Shown piece after piece: positions 40,201 through 50,010 of a stretch of 64,000 bases of DNA. Location: contig OZ210884.1 in the NCBI GenBank assembly GCA_964658305.1, forward strand, positions 3,720,001 through 3,784,000, read 5' to 3'. Within the stretch, counting starts at the first letter, position 1, and the number at the start of each line of letters is the position of its first letter. The position numbers and the translations under genes were made by a program. Under the pieces are notes generated by a model that saw only the letters and a program-made list of their open reading frames with translations, did not search any database and was not told the DNA's origin. Source of the stretch: Leptogorgia sarmentosa (Eukaryota).

Positions 40201-43200
40201 CATGATTGTGACGTGGCTGGATGTTCCTCGTTACGGCGGCAGTTCCAGTACCGGTGTAAGATCTTCTCGGTTGTTTCGATACTTTTTCTTTAAACTTTGC
40301 CTCGTTCAGTCCTATATATATATTCCCTTCGAGGGGATCTCAAGTTCGTGCGTTAGTCCATCAGCGCTCTGGGGTCGTTTTTATCAAGGGCTGAGCCTAA
40401 GCTTAAACGGTAGATAAGTAAAACTTAGAAAAAACATACATAATATTGATTTTGTAAGTAATTCGACCTAGACTAAAAAGTTTAGGTAGCTTGCAGTCAA
40501 TAGTTCATACTTTCGTTTGACATTTTTGATTATCCATCATTTAAGCTAAACGCCTTTGATAGAAGCGCCCCCCATGAAGGTTTGCTGCAGTATTCACTCG
40601 ATTATATCGTTATTCTGTATGAAACTAGTTGAACTTTTGTAAGTATGTTTGAATAGAAGAATATAGCTAGCTGTGACATATGGACTCGAAATAAGGTATA
40701 TAGAGAATATAGTATGGAAGACTTCAGTTGTTTCAATCGGAAAATGGTTTTCTATCTGACATCTAGTCCCAGTCCTTTTCCGTTTATTAAAATCACCTGA
40801 TTGCCTTTCCACTCTCTCTTGAAAACGAAATAACCACCTTAACAAAAGATTCTTTTTCAAATGCAATAAACGATATAAGTATATAATATTTTCCCAATAG
40901 AACACGTTCCAGGTCATATTGACTACTGATGGTATCAGTTCGTTCACAATATTTTACTACAATAAAATCGAATGGTGGGCGTCAAACAGTGGCGGGCGTC
41001 AAACAGCTCAGGTAAAATATTAAATATAATTAATAGCCTGAATGAACTTTTTTCACTCTTTTTTGGGGGAGGTTGTTGGTTAGCAAACGAAAATACCGAT
41101 ATGTATCGGACAGCAACTACCTACCTAGCCAACATATAATGGATTCGAGAGTAACTGAAAGTACTCGTACCAATCCCGTTTAGCGCGCACGTGATAATCA
41201 CAAATTTATAGGGAAAACAAATACAAAATGGGAAAAAAGAGAAAATATGAAGTTTATATGGGAAAATAAACGTTAATAGCCAACACGTAATCTTAGATTC
41301 AGTGACCAAAGTTTAAACTTCGTCTTTCGTTTTTTCGATCTGAAGATACCTCAGTCTCACCCGACTCCAATTGCAATAAAAACAACTAACGTATACCAGA
41401 TGAAGATAGGAAAAGTAAGATCTCACAGTATTCAAGCGAATAAACGTACTTAACAGGCAAATCAAATCGTGATGGATGTAGTATATGTCAATACAGCTCC
41501 TGTTTGTCCTAGAGAATTTATATCCACGTGCTTTTCTTTTTTGAAATCAAAAGCAGGACGACGAGAAACAGCGGAATCATACTTCATAAATATTATTGCG
41601 TGCAACATACTAAAAGAACTCCGTCACAAAGCATATCAAAATGAAGCTTAAAATCTGTGGAATTTGCATTTGAATAGCTTTGCTGCTTGAATGTTCGAGG
41701 ATATTGCAATGCCCAGAATCGCTGCAAGGCCATCTACTTCGAAGAGATATAATTTGAGACAAAATTACTTGCGCTATGATATAAATTCAGTACTTTCCGG
41801 GAAATACGAACGGCATCTCCCTTGATTCCTCTTGTAGAATTACGTAGGATGTATTAAAACTAATTTTTACTTTTTGAAATTCAACTTGAAAAAACATTTG
41901 TGGCTATATGAACTATATACAAATAATTTGACTTTTAGGTTGGTTTCAACGCAGGTGATGGAATTCGTTATTACAGTCTTCCAGCCTCTCGCACTGCTGC
42001 TATTATGGACATCGCTTCGACATCAAACTGCCAAATTCGGCCTGGTTCCTGGATCTTTAAGGTGGACGGATTTACAGTCGAAAATGTTGCCTGCCCATCA
42101 GACGGTAAGATTATAATACACTTGATGACTGCTCGCAAGGGAACTAGATTATAGTTACATTTGTTTTTTCGAAAGAGGCCTCAAGTGTTTTGTCATATAA
42201 CGACGATCGGAATTAAAAATGAAAATATATTCGTATACAATTCTATTTTGTGAGTAAAAAACAATACAATATAAACAATTTTAAATTTAAAATCTTGCCT
42301 AGAGGTTTTCCACAGCATTTTCTATTGCATGTTGTGTAATTTTATCTCTTTTTAATTCCGTAGTGTTTTTTGAAAAAGCTCGAAAGAAAAAAAACTATTT
42401 ATAAACTTGCACATTCAAAGCGGCCATTTGTAATTAAGGTTCATGTGGCTGCAGATTAGCCAATCGCAGTTATCATTACGTAATTCATTGAAAGAAAATA
42501 ATGGGTATTATGGTGGTCTTAGATAAGAATCTACGAATTTAATATTTCTTTCAGCAAGGTTTACTAATTCTGAGACTCTCCTCTCACTCCTAGCTTCCAA
42601 TATTTCCGCCACTGGATATAAAAACAGTCAAGAGCAAAAATTGATTTATATGAAACAGGCATCCAATTTGAATTTGACGATTTTTTTAGAATTGATTTCT
42701 CGCCATTTTTTTTTTTACTCCTATTGTGACATCACGAATGGAATCCATGTTGAATGTAACACTTCATCTTAAGACAAATCTTGTGCTGGAACATCTCCAG
42801 TAACATATGTACGTTGAAATATTTGCTACATTCGTCTCATGAAATATTTTCTAGATTTCATCGAAGGTGTCATATACGATGACTGCGTTGAAGCACACAG
42901 GACATCTTGGTAAGTATGCCTACCAAAGACGTATAGTTGATGACTCTGACTGAAATGGTTGCTTCCAGAAATTCAGACGTTTTAAATGTTCAAAGTTTTG
43001 GTCGTTGGGTGCCAACGTTAGGTCAGGTTTAAAACACCCTCCTGGAGTACTTGTAGAAACGAACATGCAGCAGGGATGTATGAAAGTTTTAAACACAAGG
43101 AAAATAAGAAACCGTCCCGTCCACTTTCAAGAATGCATTTTCGCCCTTGTTCTATGACGCTTATCATATTAAATTTGCAGCGATGCCAGATCAGGTAATT

Positions 43201-44611
43201 ACAGCATAAAAGCACGAAATGCTGACGGCCACACGCCTACTCTGTGCGTCCGTGAAGAAGATACGAATTCTTGCCAAGGAAACGGATGGACCTTCGTTGG
43301 TTACTCAAATGGGAGCGCATCAACGGTAAAAAATGTTAATGTTGCAAATTCTATAATATGTGCATCAGTTCTGCTACTTTTTTATATAATACCACCAAGT
43401 TATTATGTACTAATTGGAACGCGATCCCGATCCCCCGCGACATGAAACGTGCATGTGAGGGAAGCATATCAAGCGTTGAAGGATTTGCTCATTGGGCCCG
43501 CTGCGCATGCGCATGCGCTAGGTGCGTAATGAGGTCAAAACTAAAACGGAGAGACAACGGCCAATTGGGCGTTAACTTCAAAATACGAAGCACACGTTAC
43601 CCATGCATTGTATAATACTAGAATTTTTTATTAAAAAGCGATTCCATTTTGAAAAATTGAATTTATTTCTAGGACAGCACAGGGTATGACGCCGGACGAT
43701 GGACGACGTCCCAGAATCCTTATCTGCTGGCCTCCACGCATTTTGATGCCAATGTTACCGAAGTTTGTTTGTCTTCCGAGAGTTTTGGAATTTCTTTCCC
43801 TGTCAACGCACCGAACTTCCACAGTTTATTCTTTGAAAAGCAAATTCTTGACCTAAATCCCGAAGACTGGATAAATGCTATAACGGAGGATGTTGTTTCT
43901 GTCAATAACTTTCAGGAGGGCTGTTTTGAAATAGGGTTCAATGTGGGTGACGAGAATGAGATACAAGCACGTATTGGAGTTGTGACCAAAAACAATCCAG
44001 GTTCGTGGTTTCTTTACGTTTCCGATTTGCTAATATTAAGACTAACTTTTTTACTTTAAACGTAATTAATGGCAAAACTTCGTATTTATTTTAAAGAATG
44101 AATAAAGGATTTATTAAAACAGTCGAGAATCGTTTCCGGTCGAGTTCCCCATGCTTTTTAGCCAATCATTTCCATTGGTTTGTGGTCCGTTATTTCCAAA
44201 ACGGAACCTCTAACAGCCACAATCCCGCAAACACAATAGAAAAGTTCTAAATTGAATTAGTTACTATATATTATTCCCATTTTATTTAATTAAGGTGAAA
44301 CATTCAAAATCATTGCGTTTTCTGAACTGCCATATTGCTCATCCGTTACCTTCGTAATGCTCTGCATTGAAAACATTATTTTTTTCACTATCAGATGAAT
44401 GATGATTATCGCTAAAATTTCTGAACTTTTTTCGATTTATATAGATTGCAACTTGCAAGAAGTTCAAGCTATTGGAATCGGCATACGTGTTGCTGGGAAA
44501 GATTATAACAGTGTACATGGCGTGGTTGTCGGCGAGAATCTGGCACTTGCTTATCAAAATTTCCGAATGTTTGTGCGATCTCGTCAATGGACGCCAGTCC
44601 CGTTGGCCTAA
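37227..44611 (+). CDS. Secreted NIDO-domain + fibrinogen-related (USOMP5-like) domain protein, copy A (485 aa)
   Basis: Eight GT-AG exons in consistent phase: 37227-37424, 39968-40255, 40901-41011, 41939-42104, 42855-42909, 43181-43325, 43673-44000, 44445-44611 (1458 nt). Signal-like N-terminus MKSWVVFLLLVNVFRVVYM. NIDO hallmarks FYPYG, NGVISF, IAPFWAD, NTFQVILTTDG, QVGFNAGDG and WIFKVDG. C-terminal motifs DC..SGNYSI..C..GWT, CFEIGFN, ARIG and AIGIG. Confidence 0.9.
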
Positions 44612-44640
44612 TAAGAGCGACAGGAAATGTCACATTGACG

Positions 44641-44721
44641 TTATACCTCAGTATTGTTAATTATACCTTTATATACCTCAGTATTATTAATTATACCTTT
44701 ACATACCTCAGTATTATTAAT
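44641..44721 (+). repeat. 30-nt tandem repeat (about 2.7 units) just after the stop of gene A; same repeat at 59499-59579
   Basis: ATACCTCAGTATT recurs three times with a 30-nt period. Confidence 0.85.
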
Positions 44722-46501
44722 CCCACAACCTTCCTTGGACATATATTGCACCTGCACGTTAAATGTATCGCTATGTAGCCACATTTTAAATGTCAGGAGT
44801 CAGTCCGGCCGAAAAATGGGGAGCTGGAGTTGTACGTAGTTATCCAACTTTTTGCAAGTCATTAAAGTAAAAGAATATCGAGTGCTACTCATTTCTCTTA
44901 AAATCTGTTCCAGATATTGTTGTGAATTGTTAGTAGGTTTTTCGACATAATCATACTTAGAAGAAGTCTGTAAAAATGCGCCTTGATAATGTCTTAATTA
45001 TTGTGATTACTATATTTTTCTACACTGTGGGCAAAGTAATGATAAATAATTATTTGCATTTTTGTATTTATCATCTAATTTTGTATTTTTTACTCTATTT
45101 TGTGAAATTAAAGTGTATGCAGCGCATTAAAAACTGTACCGCGTACAAAAAATCCAATTTCTTTGATCTTGGTGAAAAACCAAGGGGCCTGAAAAACGTT
45201 GTCTACTTCAAGTTGAAATTTTCTCTTCATAATACGCATCAGTTAATGTTGATGCAAACCAAGTAACAACAAACTTGCATTAACAACAAACCTGTTCAGT
45301 GTTTCCATCCATAGTCGTTTCTCCGTATTTTTCTGCCTTTTTTAGGATTTGTCGCATCTCAGGAGCCTTTTGTGGTTGTTATTACAGCAATCGTCTTCGT
45401 GTTTAGGAAGCATTGCCTTAATTCTGTTCGCTTTCATGACAATTGGCCATATTTTTGGAATCTGTGTAGACTCCTACAAGCATGCAACAAGCAAAACCGT
45501 CCATGACATTTATAATGACTTTGCAGTCCGCTATGAGCGTGAATATAGCTTGACAGAATTTAATAGGACCCTGGTCTCTGTGAGACGGCGCTTACCGCTG
45601 CCGTGACACTTTGGCTTGGGGAAAATGGTCAAAACGAGCCAATTGAGAAATGTAATAGAGTAAAATGACTATAGTCCCTATTGAATTGAACTTCTGAATT
45701 TTTATGTTTTTGGCTGATAGAGCATTACTCGAGTGATTTCAGGCAAATGATTTTTTAATGCAAATGCAAGAACTATATTAAAATGAAAACGCTAAGATAT
45801 TTTACGTTTTGATCAATTTACTTTTTCAGTTTATTGCAGACATGGTGTCCCAAAAGAACGGAACCCGCATAAATAATTATGTAGCTACTTATTAAAAACG
45901 AGATCGTTTCGTAGTATCACAGTACTTTTATCCTGTTTTGTTTTTTTTACAAAATATGAAATCCAAAAGGAACAGAAATATGAAGCTCGTTAAACTAATG
46001 TGAATAATAATTACATTATTTGGAATAAGAATTTTGGACCAAATGGTTGTAATTAATGCGCAATAAATCACACGGGCTTTTGGCTTGAAAAATAACTTAT
46101 TGTAGTATAATTTGCTTTTTTACAAAGTGTAACAAATAATAAATAACATCATAGATACATAATTTTCTGTGAGTATATTGTACTTACATCGTATTCGTAT
46201 ATATTGTAAATTTACAGTAAAGTAATATATTATTATTACACATTTACTAATTAAATCTTCTCTCATTATAAGGTTCTTTCTAGACGACTCTCACACAGAT
46301 TAAATACTTGTCGTTTCACAAGGTTGCAAAACGACCGAAAAAGAAAATGCGAATGAAGTAGTCTTCCAAACAATGAAAACATTTTTTTGATCAATTTATG
46401 AATGCCGTTGATAATGTAAACAGTTTTTGTGAACGATTCGTTTGTATTCTGTTTTTAGTATTTTTTTATTAATTTTGGTTAATTTGTCAATTATTGTTGT
46501 G

Positions 46502-46906
46502 TTATACACGTGTTTTTATCGTGAAATGTAAAAGATAAATAATTTCAATAAATTTACCTTTTTTGATTGTCATGTTGAGTGAAAAGGCAGCAATTGTACT
46601 AAAACTGAAGGGTTTTTTTTTAACTTCGCCTTGACTGTTTGGCAGCCATACTTGCGATAGAGTAACAAAGTCAACAAACACAACTGATCTCAAATCTAGT
46701 TCGCTACACTGGAATTTCTTATGAATTTGATCATAGCATTGCGCAGCAAAAAAATAAATCCGTTATTTACCGTTTAGGTCGGTCCGGATAGAAAAATAGT
46801 TTGTCTCGGTCTCAAAAACGTCCCTTGGCCTTCGGCCTCGGGCCGTTTTTGAGACCTCGACAAAATATTTTTCTATCCGGACCTCCCAGCCGGTAAATAA
46901 CATATA
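46502..46906 (-). mobile_element. Truncated second copy of the hairpin-ended element, at the end of unit A
   Basis: The reverse complement aligns with about 20919-21325; hairpin at 46762-46901. Confidence 0.8.
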
Positions 46907-47007
46907 TTTCTTCTAAACATAAATTGCATCTTTTTGCTCCTCCCGTATACGAAATATACAATGCTTAATTATAGACCAAGTAATGTCGAAATCTTTGTTA
47001 TTATCTT

Positions 47008-47930
47008 TTAGTCCCAAATATATTTCGAAAGTTCTGTTTCGTTTGAGTACCTTTTGTGGTTAAATGATTTAATATGGTTTCTATATCGCTCTTTAAATGT
47101 ACTTGCCGTCATGCCTATGTAATGTTTTGTGCTTTTTGTGCAGGTGACAGTGTCCTTGTAAACTATGTCTAGTTGGTCATGCATTTTTCCTGAAGTGGGC
47201 ATGTGTTCTTGTCTCTACAAGTGCATAGGTCTGTGGCCTCGCACTGTGGCTTACTTTTCCTAATCATACGTGTGTTGTGCCTAGAAATTATAGACTTGAC
47301 ATTGTTCATGCAACTGTAACTGACCTTGACTGTGCTCCTATTAAAAATTTTGTGTAGCTTGTGGTGAGGTGGAAAATGTGTGTCTAATAAGCCCAGGAAA
47401 TCACGTGCGATGTGTGTCTTGACACTCTTGCTGAAAGGGGGATTAAACCAAATGATGTTGCGTTGCCTATTTTTGCGTGTTTGTGGTGCTTGGTTCATGT
47501 ATTCAAGCTTGTGGTCGAAATTGCTGTGCCTTAGTACGTTTTGGTAAGCAGGAGCACTTTCATGGAATGTGTGCTCATCTGATGAGAGTGTCGAAATGCG
47601 CTTGTTGATCGATGTGGGGAGTTGTCTTATGGTGCTTGGTGGGTGGTAGGAATGTTTGTTTATGTATAGTGGATCGTCATTAGGTTTTCTATAGGGCTTA
47701 AATTTTCCATTGTTGAGATCGAAAGTGACATCTAAGAAATTTACTACATGCAAATTTGCCTCAGCTGTTATTTTTAAACCGAAATTGTCGAAACATTTGT
47801 GGAGTTCTTTCCTGGTTTTATCTGCCAAACGTGCTGATTTGTTTTTCATGATAGCCAATCCATCATCTCTATTATAAACCGATGTTTTCTTTGCCAAATT
47901 TTTCCCCTAGATCGTTTAATATGAAATCGG
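47008..47930 (-). mobile_element. Penelope-like retroelement remnant (RT C-terminus + GIY-YIG endonuclease), 5'-truncated and frameshifted
   Basis: ORF 47169-47897 contains YNRDDG (altered YxDD), VNFLDVTFDL, YRKPN..LYI..HSYHP, IIWFNPPFS, LHKIFNRSTVKVSYSCMNN and CPL..KC. ORF 47008-47202 continues in another frame with IVYK...YIGMT..TFKERYRNH..SF....ETELSKYIW. Confidence 0.92.
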
Positions 47931-48074
47931 TAATATAATATATATAATATATAATATGAAAATTGAAATCGGTTATACAAATCCCGTATACAAAAATATA
48001 ACTAGTAATAAACTAAAAAGTAATAAAAGTTCAATAACCTATACATATGTGTTTTTATTTTACTTTCATATATA

Positions 48075-48862
48075 CAGGGTGTATAAAAAAAAACGCAATC
48101 CTACGTTCAAATGCAATTTTCATAACGAAAAGTATTAGAAAATAGGCTATATTTACCGCCGTTAGAAAGCTCTATCATTCCGCTTTCTTAAGACTGCTTG
48201 TTTGTTAAATTTAAGTTGGAAATGAGCGAGTAATGATATTTTTAGTAAGTGTGATTGGACAATTTAAAATTTGAGATAGCTTGAATTTATTAAAAATTTA
48301 ACTTTAGTTGGTTACAATCATTCAACGTGGCCTGGCTTTCTCACCACACACAAATCACTTCGACATTGCTTTTCCCGTGCAACTCTTCTTATTAGCTCAT
48401 GATTTCCATGTAAAGCATCTGGTTCAAGCTGTATCTGCCGGTATTTAAGTACAAACGGTCGTCGAATTTGGGACTTGTCGATCCGGGAAAGCTATTCGAA
48501 ACAATCTTAAAACTTCCTGAATACTTTTTGTTACAAAGTAACCTTCAACAATAAAAGTTATTTCTGCTGTAGTGAGCTGTGGCATGATGCCTAAGACTTT
48601 AAAATTATTTCGCGAAAATATTTCAAACAAAATATTCGCATGCAACGATAACGTCCCCTTCGGAATTAAGAACGTCGAATTCGAAGCATCTAAAAATGAC
48701 TGCTTGCTAAAGTCCTAAATGGCCTAAAAAGTCACAATCGACCACTTATTGAGTAGAAAAAAGATAGGGCTAAAACATGAACTAAAAGTTAAGACATGGA
48801 AATCTATATTATTTTGGTTATAAAGCCTTAAACTTGGATTGCGTTTTTTTTTATACACCCTG
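48075..48862 (-). mobile_element. Internally deleted Tc1/mariner-superfamily transposon
   Basis: TIRs CAGGGTGTATAAAAAAAAACGCAATCC and GGATTGCGTTTTTTTTTATACACCCTG with TA flanks; the empty site is at about 35700 in unit A. Minus-strand MPQLTTAEITFIVEGYFVTKSIQEVLRLFRIAFPDRQVPNSTTV resembles a transposase N-terminal HTH; a GHVE*-like end lies near 48325; no DDE core seen. Confidence 0.88.
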
Positions 48863-48869
48863 TATAGTT

Positions 48870-49360
48870 ATGCTATTTGTGCATGCTGAAAAGTAGCTCT
48901 AATAGTTCATACGTTTTAGCCTTCAGTTGTCGTCTTTCGCGAGAGCGAATCATTTTTCGCCAGTCTTTACATGTGTACTTTAAGTTCAAGTCCATAAACT
49001 TGAGGTTTAATGTCATGTAGACTGTTCATAAAGTTCTCTGCAACTGTTCCTTCACACACGAAATCCAACGCATACGGCATATCACCAAAATACAACCACA
49101 TTTTTTCATCATCAAACAGCTATGTTGTCGTTGCGACGGATGGTCAATTATACAGCCATTGCAATTCTGCACCACGAAAGCTGTAGCATAACCGATGCGA
49201 TTTCACTACCATAACAGTTTAATATAGTTTGTCTTCAATCATCCTCTGACCGGAGAACTTAGCCAACAAATCCTCTTGACCAATTCCATTGGTATCGTCA
49301 ACTTAAAATTGTTTGCTTTCAAAGGCATCGTGTATTTTAGTAAAACTAGTGCGCACAATC
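48870..49360 (-). pseudogene. Degraded ORF with a CxxC-DHPSQ-H-C motif (possible Polinton/Maverick accessory gene relic)
   Basis: The minus strand at about 49200-49105 reads RIGYATAFVVQNCNGCIIDHPSQRQHSCLMM, then frameshifts into WLYFGDMPYALDFVCEGTVAENFMNSLHDIKPQV. The 3' part is also at 35707-35895. The family link is from memory. Confidence 0.5.
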
Positions 49361-50010
49361 ATACAAACCAAACTCAAATGAAAGCAGGTTTGAAAATGAC
49401 AAATTTAAATGTAAAAAATGTATAAAATTGATAATATGTTTCATTATAACTAATAAAAAGCAACCCATCATTTCCATCGTGTTTTTGCTCAACATGCGCG
49501 CGCAACACACTCACACGGTCAGCCTGGAAACTAAAATTTGGGGGTCAGAGACTCAGAGTTCCCGGTATAGCTGCACTCTTAGTTAAATAATTCTGCAAGT
49601 TAGTTAAATAAGATAATTTTGTAAGCACCTATTAATTAGCCTAATAAATATAGGCTAAAATCTGTTGTAGGAAACAAAAATATGCATCGATCGTTCCCGA
49701 AGTCACGCAAAAGTATCCAACCGTAGACATTTCACAACTACAATTGTCAAAATATTTGTCTGTCACCTAGCAACGCTGGTCACCTGGCGATCCTAATGGG
49801 GTGCGATAGGTCCTAATGGTCTTAGGACCACCTAACATGCGACTGTGACAACAATTACGCTAAGTAATGATAATTAATTGCAAAATTTTGAATATATCAA
49901 ACAATGTTAACAGCAAGATACATTGTCTGCCGTAGGCATTGTTATCGCGATCATATAAGTAGAAGACTTTATATCTGATCAGCTCATATTTGTCAGATCA
50001 AAATACGGCA

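Larger units (their letters stand above)
35615..46495 (+). repeat. Tandem segmental duplication, unit A
   Basis: Colinear with 47992-61370 from AAAAATATAACTAGTAAT to GTCAATTATT, apart from copy-specific insertions. Confidence 0.95.

Noticed and set aside
40256..40417. C-terminal extension of ORF 39983-40417 (and of 53445-53858)
   Set aside because: Read-through into intron 2 beyond the GTAAGA donor; the NIDO domain continues in exon 3.
43358..45266. ORFs 43358-43615 and 44976-45266, 'conserved' in both units
   Set aside because: The conservation reflects near-identity of the duplicated DNA; they are intronic or 3' flank with no domain signal.
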